This document shows positions 10,014-18,755 of a stretch of DNA of 47,817 bases, one piece after another (positions within the stretch are counted from its first letter, which is position 1; each line of letters begins with the position of its first letter). Origin of the DNA: Verrucomicrobiota bacterium. GTDB taxonomy: Bacteria > Verrucomicrobiota > Verrucomicrobiia > Limisphaerales > UBA9464. The position numbers were made by a program, and so were the translations under genes. The notes below the pieces were generated by a model that saw nothing but the letters and a program-made list of their open reading frames with translations, had not been told where the DNA came from and made no database searches. The stretch lies in assembly GCA_026397675.1 (NCBI GenBank), contig JAPLUH010000250.1, forward strand, positions 1-47,817. Reading direction: 5' to 3'.

Positions 10014-11771
10014 TCACGGTTTGGGCGGGGGGAAGCTGGTCCAGCACTGTTCCATCTCTTCACGAGAAGGTACTTTCAACGGGCGTACGATGCGGAAGCC
10101 TAGGAACTGGGCATCGGTCAGGTACCACTTAGATTTGGGCAACTGAGGATCGCGCATCTTCCAGCTCGCATCACTGGCGCGACGGGTCGCACTCCGGAGG
10201 GCATCCGGTTCGTCGTCCCAAGAACCGCCGCGGGCCACATGGGGATACTCGGCGGCACCCGGGGTGTAGGGAACATCGCCCACCTTGGAATAATCCTCCA
10301 CGTAGGCGTCCAATACCCATTCGGCGACATTGCCGTGCATGTCGTAGAGGCCCCAGGGATTCGGCTTTTTCTTGCCCACCAGTTGGTACTTCTCACCCGC
10401 GTTGGTAAAGTGCCACGCGTACTCACCCAGCTTGGAGTCGTCGTCGCCGAAGGAATACTTGGTGGTGGTGCCAGCCCGGCAGGCGTACTCCCATTCAGCC
10501 TCGGTCGCCAAACGGTAGAAGTGCCCGGTCTTGGCGGTGAGCCACTTGCAGTACTTCACGGCCGCATAGTGGGTCATGGAGATGGCTGGGAAGTTTTCTT
10601 TGCCCATGCCGAAGCTCATCTCGACGTACGGGGTCGTCGGACGGGAAACGGCGTCGGATTCCTTGCCGATGTAGGGGTTGACGCCGGGCTGCGCGTTGGC
10701 CGGCAGTAACTCGGGCAATGCGAGCCAGAGTTCCCGTTCCATGCGCTCAGTCGGTACATTGGTTCCCTTTTCCAGCGAGGGGAACTGAAAGAGTTCGTAC
10801 TCGTTCCAGGTGACTTCGGTTTTACCCATCCAGAACGGCTCGATCTTCACCTTGCGCTGCGGACCCTCGTCCGCCTTGCGCTTGCCCTCGGAGGCAGGGC
10901 TGCCCATCAGGAATTCACCTGCGGGAATCGGCAGCATGTCGAATTTGACGTCCGATCCCACGATAGGGTCGCTGTACGCCTTCATGTCGGCGGCGCTGAC
11001 CTCTTTGGACACGGCCAGCACCCGGGCATGGATGGCGCTGATCATGGCCTCGTTGTCGCGGGTCAGCAGGGAACCGGCCTCCTTCTGGCTCAGGGTTACG
11101 CCGTCCGGCCATTCAGCGCCTTGGTCGATCCAGTTGCGGATGAGGTCGGTCTTGGACTTCGGCAGCGGTCCACCCTTCTTGGCCGGCGGCATCAAGTCGT
11201 CGTGGTCGGCCGGCAGAACGGTGCTGGTGTAAATCTTAGAGGCCTCGGCGTCACCTCGCACGATGGTCTTGGAGGCGAAGAATTCAGCCTTGGAGTCCAT
11301 CCGCAGGTCCCCCTTGGCGTGGCCTTCTTTGTGACAGGTGACGCAGTGGACCTCAAAGATGGGTTTGACCTCTTTAACGAAGTCCACTTTCTGTTTTTGT
11401 GAGAGACGGATGGCTTCGGGCCACGCGGCACCCTCCTGGATCCACGTCTTCAGGGTCTCTTGCTGCTGGGCACTGAGCCGTTCGCCCTTGGGTGGCATCA
11501 GATCATCATGACCGTCGGGCAGAGTGGTCGTCGTGTAGATCTTGCTCTTGGCTGGGTCGCCTGGAACCAACGCGGTCCCATGCTCACCGCCTTTGATGGT
11601 GTCGGCACGGGTCACCATGACCAAGTCCGCCTTGGGCTTTTCGGTGCCGTGGCACTTGAGGCAGTTCACCTCGAGGATGGGGCGGACCTGTTTCTTGAAG
11701 TCCACCGGGTCCGCCGCGTTGAGGATTAGTCCCGCGGTGAGGGTGGTGGTGATGGCGACGAATCGGTTCAT
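10014..11771 (-). CDS. Exported fusion protein: two PSCyt1 c-type haem domains plus a SUMF1/FGE-sulfatase-fold domain
   Basis: Signal peptide [20 protein letters not shown]. Two CxxCH sites (CLKCH, CVTCH) lie in repeated PSCyt1-like modules (...HDDLMPP...WI..GA.WP). The C-terminus has FGE-family motifs ([40 protein letters not shown]). Confidence 0.85.
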   Translation of the reverse strand: MNRFVAITTTLTAGLILNAADPVDFKKQVRPILEVNCLKCHGTEKPKADLVMVTRADTIKGGEHGTALVPGDPAKSKIYTTTTLPDGHDDLMPPKGERLSAQQQETLKTWIQEGAAWPEAIRLSQKQKVDFVKEVKPIFEVHCVTCHKEGHAKGDLRMDSKAEFFASKTIVRGDAEASKIYTSTVLPADHDDLMPPAKKGGPLPKSKTDLIRNWIDQGAEWPDGVTLSQKEAGSLLTRDNEAMISAIHARVLAVSKEVSAADMKAYSDPIVGSDVKFDMLPIPAGEFLMGSPASEGKRKADEGPQRKVKIEPFWMGKTEVTWNEYELFQFPSLEKGTNVPTERMERELWLALPELLPANAQPGVNPYIGKESDAVSRPTTPYVEMSFGMGKENFPAISMTHYAAVKYCKWLTAKTGHFYRLATEAEWEYACRAGTTTKYSFGDDDSKLGEYAWHFTNAGEKYQLVGKKKPNPWGLYDMHGNVAEWVLDAYVEDYSKVGDVPYTPGAAEYPHVARGGSWDDEPDALRSATRRASDASWKMRDPQLPKSKWYLTDAQFLGFRIVRPLKVPSREEMEQCWTSFPPPKP

Positions 11772-11915
11772 GAAGTTTTGTCGGAGGAGAGGATACCGCC
11801 GGGCCGGTTGCCGGTGTCAAATGCGGTGACGCCCCGGAAGTACGAAAGCTTCAACGGGGATTGCAGGTTTTTTTGCCGGGAAACCGATGGACGCGGACGG
11901 CAGTCGAGGCGTGAT

Positions 11916-12692
11916 CTATTGCCCCCCACCGATCTTGGGATCGAGCCAAGGGGTCGCTCCCCAATACCAACGGGAACTCTTGAGCAGTTCGACGTGTCCC
12001 TCGCCAAAGGTGACCACACTTTTGCCTGTATGACGCAACTGGGGCCCGCCCCAGTTCGGGTCGTCCGAGGTGACGCAGCCGCCGCAAGGGGCGTCGTTAA
12101 TGGGATCGTGCAGCACCCAGGCGCCTGCTTTCTCAGGGGATTTTTCGGTCACACACTTCAGCGGATCCTTCGCGTCCGAGCTCTTGGGCTTGGTGCCGCC
12201 ATCGGTGATGACCACGGTCGCCGAAGGGGAAGCCATGCTGGAATCTTTCACCGAGGCGTAGTCCTTGACGTCCCAGACGTTTGGCCAATCGCACCCGCCT
12301 ACTTTGAAGTTCATCGAGTAGTTGGAAATCATCTTGTCCGGTTGATCCGAGGCATAGATGGCCCAGCTCTTCTTGAACCCCGGAGTCTTGGTGGGGCAAA
12401 TGACGATATTGGTCGTCTGCAAGTAGGGCTTGAGGAAGTTGAACCACAGTCGACGGTTCACGTTGTCACCCCGGACCCAGAACGTGGGCGTGAAGTGTCC
12501 TTGGTTGTCCGAAGCGTAGAGGGCTTCCGAGATCATTACTTGCCTGAGGTTGCTCAGACAGTTGGATGATTTGGCCTTTTCCTTGGCTCGTGCCAAGGCC
12601 GGCAGGAGCATCCCGGCGAGGATGGCGATGATGGCGATGACCACGAGCAATTCGATCAGGGTGAAACCTGTCTGACGCCGGCGGGGATTCAT
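11916..12692 (-). CDS. Prepilin-type N-terminal cleavage/methylation domain protein (H-X9-DG family)
   Basis: N-terminus [43 protein letters not shown]. The C-terminal motif is [13 protein letters not shown], an H-X9-EG variant. Confidence 0.85.
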   Translation of the reverse strand: MNPRRRQTGFTLIELLVVIAIIAILAGMLLPALARAKEKAKSSNCLSNLRQVMISEALYASDNQGHFTPTFWVRGDNVNRRLWFNFLKPYLQTTNIVICPTKTPGFKKSWAIYASDQPDKMISNYSMNFKVGGCDWPNVWDVKDYASVKDSSMASPSATVVITDGGTKPKSSDAKDPLKCVTEKSPEKAGAWVLHDPINDAPCGGCVTSDDPNWGGPQLRHTGKSVVTFGEGHVELLKSSRWYWGATPWLDPKIGGGQ

Positions 12693-12804
12693 GCAATGAG
12701 TGTTTAATGGGAAATCCCTCGTTTGTCGTTATCGAAGATGAGGGTTTGAGATTTTTTACCCTCGGACTTGATTCCCGGGTCACGAAACCGCATTCCCGCC
12801 GGAG

Positions 12805-13428
12805 GTGATCACGTTTTTGAGAGGCAAGTTGGTTGAGGCCCTACCGACCCAGGTGGTGGTGGAGGTTCAGGGCGTGGGATACGAGGTCCTGGTTCCACTG
12901 TCCTCCTACGATCGTCTTCCGGCCCCGGGGACCGAAGTGCTTCTTTTGACTCATCTGGCCATCCGGGAAGATGCGCACCTGTTGTACGGATTTCTGACGG
13001 CAGCCGAGCGGGACCTTTTTCGACTGCTCATTCACACGGTCAGTGGCATTGGCCCGAAGATCGCCTTGGGCGTCCTGAGTGGGATGAGCATCACCTCCTT
13101 CCGCAGTGCGGTGGCCGCGGGCGATGTGAAGGCTCTCTCGTCGGTCCAGGGGGTGGGACGCAAGACCGCCGAGCGAATCGTGGTGGAACTCCGGGACAAG
13201 TTGGGAGGCTTTGGTTCGGTCGGAGCTGTGTCGTCGCCGATATCTGGAGTCTCCGCGGCTGCGGTTTCCCGTGAAGACACTCGGGGAGTCGACGCCGTGG
13301 CTGCTCTTATGGCGTTGGGAGTCAAACCGCTCGAGGCGCATGATTCAGTTCGAGCCGCCCTGGCTATGCTCGGTGCAGAGGCCACGGTCGAGCAGTTGAT
13401 TCGGGCAAGCCTGCGTCGCAATGCCTGA
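12805..13428 (+). CDS. ruvA: Holliday junction branch migration complex subunit RuvA
   Basis: GTG start and MITFLRGKL N-terminus, with HhH motifs GIGPKIALGVLS and VQGVGRKTAERIV. Confidence 0.93.
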   Translation: MITFLRGKLVEALPTQVVVEVQGVGYEVLVPLSSYDRLPAPGTEVLLLTHLAIREDAHLLYGFLTAAERDLFRLLIHTVSGIGPKIALGVLSGMSITSFRSAVAAGDVKALSSVQGVGRKTAERIVVELRDKLGGFGSVGAVSSPISGVSAAAVSREDTRGVDAVAALMALGVKPLEAHDSVRAALAMLGAEATVEQLIRASLRRNA

Positions 13429-14134
13429 ACCGATGACCCCCAAATCCGAATCCAAACGTGCTGTTTCAGGGTTGGTGGTTCCAGAGGCTGCTCGCTGGCA
13501 TGGCCGTCTGGCTGCTTGGATCATCGTGATGCTCGCTCGATTGCTGGCCTCAAGTCTGCGATGGCATTGGACCGACCATTCATTCTTCAACGATACGAGC
13601 ACCGAGCAGAGGGCCATATTCGCTATATGGCACAATCGACTGGCCTTGTCCTTGATCCTTTACCATCGCCACGTCGCCCGCTGCGGACGGCGGCGGCGTC
13701 TGGCGGCGCTAGTTAGCGCAAGCCGGGACGGGGGCTTATTGGCTCGAGTGCTCGAGCTCTTTGATGTCGTCGGAATCCGCGGGTCCTCGAGCCGCCGGGG
13801 TGCGCCGGCATTGCGCGAATTGGTCTCCGCGGCCTCCAAGGGGTGTGATCTGGCTGTGACCCCCGATGGCCCCCGAGGGCCCCGTTATGAGCCGCATCCT
13901 GGGGTCATCTCCTTGGCTCAGATTACCCAACTCCCCATCGTTCCGGTTTCCTTTCGACTCCGTTGGAAATGGACTCTTCGCAGCTGGGACCGCTTTCAAA
14001 TTCCCATCCCGTTCAGTCGATGTGAGGTGGTCTTTGGGGAACCAATATGGGTGCCCCGGTCCACGGATGAAGCCGGACGCGAACTGAGTCGGATTTTCCT
14101 GAAGGAACGCCTCGTGGCCCTCACTCGAGACTGA
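13421..14134 (+). CDS. DUF374 / lysophospholipid acyltransferase-like protein
   Basis: DUF374-type motifs WHNRL, SASRDGGLLA and AVTPDGPRGP. The start overlaps the ruvA stop (ATGCCTGA). Confidence 0.75.
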   Translation: MPEPMTPKSESKRAVSGLVVPEAARWHGRLAAWIIVMLARLLASSLRWHWTDHSFFNDTSTEQRAIFAIWHNRLALSLILYHRHVARCGRRRRLAALVSASRDGGLLARVLELFDVVGIRGSSSRRGAPALRELVSAASKGCDLAVTPDGPRGPRYEPHPGVISLAQITQLPIVPVSFRLRWKWTLRSWDRFQIPIPFSRCEVVFGEPIWVPRSTDEAGRELSRIFLKERLVALTRD

Positions 14135-14176
14135 CCTCGAGACGGCTCTCGTCGACGAGTTGGACAGTCGCTTCTG

Positions 14177-14746
14177 TCACTTGCGTTTCAGTTGTTTCTT
14201 GGTCGCAGCCTGAAGCGTGTCCACCTCGTCCCGCACTTCGGAGCGATTCTTAGAATCCATCCGGTCAATGAAAAGGACTCCATTGAGGTGATCTACCTCG
14301 TGCTGAATGGCTCGAGCTAAAAGTCCACCCGCCTTGAACTCGAAGCTCTCGTTACGGTCGTTGATACCCCGAACCTCCACCTCGGCCGTTCGGCTGACGT
14401 CTCCGTAGATTTCAGGAAAACTGAGGCAACCTTCTGGTCCGGCCACCACTTCTCCGACAGGGCGGATCGTCGGGTTGATGAGCACCAAGGGCATGAATGC
14501 GTCGACATCGGCCGGTTGCCCAGAGATCCACAATTGGCTGGCACGGTCCTTGACGCCCCGGACATCGATGATCGCCAACTGCAGCGCCAGACCAACTTGT
14601 TGGGCTGCCAGTCCGATTCCGTTGGAATGGTACATGGCGTCGAACATGCCGGCGATGGTGCCTCGCAGGGCGTCATCCACGGATTCAATGCGCACTCCGC
14701 GCTGGCGAAGGATGGGGTCTCCATAGTGGACCACGGTGAACTTCAT
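14177..14746 (-). CDS. def: Peptide deformylase
   Basis: The three PDF motifs are present: GIGLAAQQVG, EGCLSFP and HEVDHLNG. The ATG at 14746 (MKFTVVHYGDPILRQ) is preferred. Confidence 0.93.
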   Translation of the reverse strand: MKFTVVHYGDPILRQRGVRIESVDDALRGTIAGMFDAMYHSNGIGLAAQQVGLALQLAIIDVRGVKDRASQLWISGQPADVDAFMPLVLINPTIRPVGEVVAGPEGCLSFPEIYGDVSRTAEVEVRGINDRNESFEFKAGGLLARAIQHEVDHLNGVLFIDRMDSKNRSEVRDEVDTLQAATKKQLKRK

Positions 14747-14935
14747 GGGAGAAGGCTGGCGCAAAAGCCAGTTCCTGCCTAGTCCATGGACGCTCGGTTT
14801 GTTGGATGTTTGCTCGGATCACAGGAGGTGAACTCCGCGAGTTCGTGGGTCTCGACGCAGGCGCCCGAGCGAGGCTGAAGGGTTTTTGGTCGGCTTTGAT
14901 GCGATGAGCGATTTTCTGTAAAAACTCGCAGGGGC

Positions 14936-14963
14936 TTGACTCAAATCGCCCACTGGCTAATGT
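14936..14963 (+). promoter_or_regulatory. Putative sigma70-type promoter of rpmH-rnpA-yidD-yidC
   Basis: TTGACT at 14936-14941, a 16-nt spacer, then TAATGT at 14958-14963, about 40 nt upstream of the rpmH ATG. Confidence 0.35.
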
Positions 14964-15003
14964 GCGCGGCTCCGCGGGCCAGCACGTCAGCGGATCTACA
15001 GCG

Positions 15004-15141
15004 ATGAAACGTCAGTACCAACCGTCGAAAATCCGCCGTCAGCGTCAACACGGTTTCCGTGCCCGCTCGGCAACCAGAAGTGGCCGCGCCATCCTCAACA
15101 ACCGTCGTCGCATTGGTCGTCGGCGCCTGACTCCGGTGTGA
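15004..15141 (+). CDS. rpmH: 50S ribosomal protein L34
   Basis: Hand-translated 45 aa: [45 protein letters not shown]. It falls below the ORF-track size cutoff. Confidence 0.92.
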   Translation: MKRQYQPSKIRRQRQHGFRARSATRSGRAILNNRRRIGRRRLTPV

Positions 15142-15208
15142 GTTGCTCGGATTGGTCGGGTCAATCGGGCCTCTGTTTGCCTAGATCCCGGCCTCAATCC
15201 CTGCCGCA

Positions 15209-15580
15209 ATGAATCCGCCGCTGCGGCTCCAATTCTCCAGTCGGCGCCGGATTAGCCGGTCCTCCGATTTCGCTCGGCTTAAGGAAGAGGGGCGTCGCGA
15301 GATTTGCGGCACCCTCATCTTGAATTGGCTCCCTTCCCAGGAATTGCGCTTGGGGGTTGTCACCAGTCGAAAGGTGGGTTCTGCGGTCATTCGGTCACGG
15401 GCTCGCCGGTTTCTGCGTGAAGTCTTCCGTCAGCACCAGCATGAGGTGACCGAACCGGTCTCCATGGTGCTGGTCGCTCGGAAGTCCATCGCAGAAATGA
15501 CCTTAGAAACTGTCCGCCGAGATTACTTGCGGGCATTGTCTCGGGCCAAACTCCGGAAGCCGCTTCCTTCCGCCTCATGA
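15209..15580 (+). CDS. rnpA: Ribonuclease P protein component
   Basis: Basic 123-aa protein directly after rpmH, with an RNR-like motif (VVTSRKVGSAVIRSRARRFLRE). Confidence 0.88.
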   Translation: MNPPLRLQFSSRRRISRSSDFARLKEEGRREICGTLILNWLPSQELRLGVVTSRKVGSAVIRSRARRFLREVFRQHQHEVTEPVSMVLVARKSIAEMTLETVRRDYLRALSRAKLRKPLPSAS

Positions 15581-15861
15581 ATTTTGTCCGACAGGCTGTG
15601 TTGCTTCTCATCCAAATCTACCGTTGGGTGGGTTCCCCGATGAAGCGGTTCCTGCTGGGCCCGGATGCCGGATGCCGATTCTCCCCCACTTGCTCATCTT
15701 ATGCGTTGGAGGCCGTTGAGCGGTATGGCGTGTGCCGTGGGGCGGCATTGACTACGGCGCGTATTTGCCGGTGCCATCCTTGGGGTAACAGCGGCCATGA
15801 CCCCGTGCCCGCGCTTCCGACACACCGCCTGTCTCCGAGATCACTCAAATTTCCCAACTAG
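15577..15861 (+). CDS. yidD: Membrane protein insertion efficiency factor YidD
   Basis: Motifs CRFSPTCSSYALEA and RICRCHPWGNSGHDPVP. An ATGA overlap links it to rnpA. Confidence 0.9.
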   Translation: MNFVRQAVLLLIQIYRWVGSPMKRFLLGPDAGCRFSPTCSSYALEAVERYGVCRGAALTTARICRCHPWGNSGHDPVPALPTHRLSPRSLKFPN

Positions 15862-15864
15862 ACC

Positions 15865-17688
15865 ATGGATCGAAAAGGTATCGCATTTCTTGCAGTCTGC
15901 CTCGCCGGAATGGTGGGCCTGAAATATGTGGCTGATTTCATTTGGCCCACACCGACAGGCGCCCGCCCGGTTGCTTCAGCTGCGGCTTCCAGCAACGCTC
16001 CACTCTCAAAGGTCAACGCTCCGCTGGCCAGCACCGCGCAGATGGTGCCGGCGTTGCTTGCGGGCCCTCTGAGTGTACCGACCTTTCAGGCGGCCGAGGA
16101 ATCTCTGGTTCTTGAGAACGACCTACTGCGCCTGACGTTCACCTCGCATGGTGGCGGTGCCCGATTGATCGAGCTCAAGAAATACCCCTCCTCGGTCGAT
16201 TGCCGCGATACCACGCCCAACGGTACCCCCTCAGCGTTGAATCGGTTTGCTCCGCTGCCAGCGCTGACCCTGGGAGTTGGTCCCTTGACCGGTGATGGTC
16301 TTTTTAATCTTCGCAAGACCGGGGCAGGAGTCCATGCGGAGAAGGCTCTCTTGAATGGCTTGGTGGTGTCCCAAGATTGGACTCTTTCCAACGGCTACTT
16401 CTTTGAAACCGTGGTCACGGTTGAAAACCGTGGCACTGCCGCGGTGTCTATACCCCCGCACGACTATGTGGTCGGAGCGGCAACGCCCATGGATCGCCAC
16501 GACATGGCGGAGGTGCAGGGAGCTTATTGGTTCAACGGTGAAAAGGCCGAGCAGATCAATAAGCCGTGGTTTGCCAATGCCACGCTGGGGTGTTCAACGA
16601 TCAGCACGCCCCGGAGCGAGTTTTCCGGCGGCAATAGCAACGTGGTCTGGGCTGCCGTCCACAATCAATTCTTTGCGCTCATCGCCCAGCCGGATGAATC
16701 CCCAGCGGGTGTTCGAGTGGTCGATATCCCCCTGCCGGCACCGTCTCCGTCGGAGTTGGCGGCGGATGGGCGGTTGAACCCACAGCCCCATGCCTATCAC
16801 ACCAGTCTGACCTATCCGGCACAGACCTTGCAGCCGGGCGAGAAGGTGACTCGCAAGCACACGATCTACGCGGGTCCCAAGGAGTACAGTCAACTCAAGT
16901 CCAGCGAGAAGCAGATTGATCTGGTGATGGATTTCACCGGCATCACCGGCATCTGCGCCAAGGCGTTGCTGTTGCTCCTCAATGCCGTGCACTCGCTAAT
17001 TCCGTCCTATGGAGCATCGATTGTCGTGCTGACCATTGTGATTAAGTTGGCCTTCTGGCCTCTGACCTCCGCCAGCACTCGCTCGATGAAGCGGATGTCG
17101 ACCCTTCAGCCGCAACTCAACGCCATCCGCGAGAAGTACAAGAGCGATCCGGCCAAGATGAACCAGAAGACCATGGAGTTCATGAAAGAGCACCGGATCA
17201 ATCCCATGGCCGGTTGTCTTCCCTTAGTGCTGACCTTCCCGGTGTTCATCGGATTTTTCTTCATGCTTCGGACTGCGATCGAGCTGCGAGGTGAGAGTTT
17301 CCTCTGGTGTTGCGATCTCTCCCGTCCCGACAGCGTCTACGTGGTTCCCGGTTTGGGTTTTATTCCGTTGCTGGGGATTCCCGGGATCGGATTGCCTCTC
17401 AATATCATGCCCGTCCTGTATTTGGCCACGGCCTGGTGGCAGTCCACGCTGACACCGGTTTCGCCGCAAATGGATCCGGCCCAGCAAAAGATGCTCAAGT
17501 ACATGCCGGTCTTCTTCGGTGTGCTCTTCTACAACTACTCGGCCGGCCTGACGCTGTACTGGACTACCCAGAATTTGATGACCATCCTGCAGACCAAGAT
17601 CACCAAATCGAACGAAGGATCGGGGAAGGGAACCGGTACTGCCGTCATTGCGCCTGCCCAGCCCGGACGTCGAAAGGGATCTGTTTAA
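15865..17688 (+). CDS. yidC: Membrane protein insertase YidC
   Basis: 607 aa with a large periplasmic P1 domain and a conserved 60-kDa IMP core (PLTSASTRSMKRMSTLQPQL, GCLPLVLTFPVFIGFF). Confidence 0.93.
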   Translation: MDRKGIAFLAVCLAGMVGLKYVADFIWPTPTGARPVASAAASSNAPLSKVNAPLASTAQMVPALLAGPLSVPTFQAAEESLVLENDLLRLTFTSHGGGARLIELKKYPSSVDCRDTTPNGTPSALNRFAPLPALTLGVGPLTGDGLFNLRKTGAGVHAEKALLNGLVVSQDWTLSNGYFFETVVTVENRGTAAVSIPPHDYVVGAATPMDRHDMAEVQGAYWFNGEKAEQINKPWFANATLGCSTISTPRSEFSGGNSNVVWAAVHNQFFALIAQPDESPAGVRVVDIPLPAPSPSELAADGRLNPQPHAYHTSLTYPAQTLQPGEKVTRKHTIYAGPKEYSQLKSSEKQIDLVMDFTGITGICAKALLLLLNAVHSLIPSYGASIVVLTIVIKLAFWPLTSASTRSMKRMSTLQPQLNAIREKYKSDPAKMNQKTMEFMKEHRINPMAGCLPLVLTFPVFIGFFFMLRTAIELRGESFLWCCDLSRPDSVYVVPGLGFIPLLGIPGIGLPLNIMPVLYLATAWWQSTLTPVSPQMDPAQQKMLKYMPVFFGVLFYNYSAGLTLYWTTQNLMTILQTKITKSNEGSGKGTGTAVIAPAQPGRRKGSV

Positions 17689-17694
17689 TTTTCC

Positions 17695-18162
17695 ATGAGT
17701 GCTAAAGACACCCTCTGCCAGATGCTCAAGACCCTTGGCTTCGAGGCCACAGTCACAGAGCAGAACTACGAGGATATGCTGCTGCTGGACATCCAAACCG
17801 ATGAACCCAACCGGCTGATTGGTCGGCAGGGACAGACGTTGGGCGAGATCCAATACTTGCTCAACCGCATCCTCCACAAAGGGGACGATTCGGTGCCCAG
17901 GGTTATGTTGGATGTCGGTGGTTACCGTCGTGAAGCTCGAGAGCAACTGGCCAAGCGGGCCGTTGAGTTGGCGGACAAGGTTCGCCGCTTTGGTGACATC
18001 ATGGAGATGGAACCGATGAATGCCTACGATCGCCGCATTGTCCATCAGGCTCTAAAGACAGACCCGGACATCGAGACCCACAGCGTGGAGGTGGATGGGA
18101 GCGACAAGAAGGTGATCCTCCTGCGTCCTCGTCGCCAGGCCTCGTCCTCGACAGCAACTTAA
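17695..18162 (+). CDS. jag: Jag/KhpB-type RNA-binding protein (KH + R3H)
   Basis: KH-like IGRQGQTLGEIQYLLNRIL and R3H YDRRIVHQAL. It occupies the canonical position after yidC. Confidence 0.85.
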   Translation: MSAKDTLCQMLKTLGFEATVTEQNYEDMLLLDIQTDEPNRLIGRQGQTLGEIQYLLNRILHKGDDSVPRVMLDVGGYRREAREQLAKRAVELADKVRRFGDIMEMEPMNAYDRRIVHQALKTDPDIETHSVEVDGSDKKVILLRPRRQASSSTAT

Positions 18163-18250
18163 TGGTTGGAGATCTGTTTCAGACGGTGAGATGGGTTCAC
18201 CCCTCACCTTGACTCTACCGCTTCCTACATCGATATCTGCCCAGCAAACT

Positions 18251-18745
18251 ATGGTGTGCCAGTTCTGCAAGCTGAAGGAGGCGTCGGTCCATGTGACCGA
18301 AATTGCCGACAACAAGGTCAAGAAGGTCGATGCCTGCGCCGCGTGTGCGAAGGAGAAGAACTACAATGACCCGGCCGCCTTCGCCATCGCTGATCACCTT
18401 CTTGGTTTGGGCGCTGCCCAGAAAATGGAGGAGGCTTCCGAGGCGGTGGGGGCCCTCTCGTGCGACCAGTGCGGGTACACCCAGGCCGACTTCAAGAAGA
18501 GCGGCCGTTTGGGTTGCGCTCATTGCTACGACATTTTTTCCGACGGCTTGGATTCGGTGCTCAAGACCATGCACAAGGATATCCGCCACCGTGGCAAGGT
18601 GCCGGCGGGGATGAAAAGTGCCTTCGAGGGTGCACACAAACTTGAGGGTCTCAATCGCGACCTTCAGGTAGCGATCGCCCAGGAAGACTTCGAATCGGCC
18701 GCCCGGTTGCGCGACGAAATCAAGGCCTTCAAGGCTTCTGAATAA
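18251..18745 (+). CDS. mcsA: Protein arginine kinase activator McsA-like (UVR domain protein)
   Basis: CxxC pairs (CQFC/CAAC and CDQC/CAHC) and a C-terminal UVR motif EDFESAARLRDEIKAF. The ATG at 18251 is preferred over 18191. Confidence 0.8.
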   Translation: MVCQFCKLKEASVHVTEIADNKVKKVDACAACAKEKNYNDPAAFAIADHLLGLGAAQKMEEASEAVGALSCDQCGYTQADFKKSGRLGCAHCYDIFSDGLDSVLKTMHKDIRHRGKVPAGMKSAFEGAHKLEGLNRDLQVAIAQEDFESAARLRDEIKAFKASE

Positions 18746-18755
18746 TTCCTCCGAT

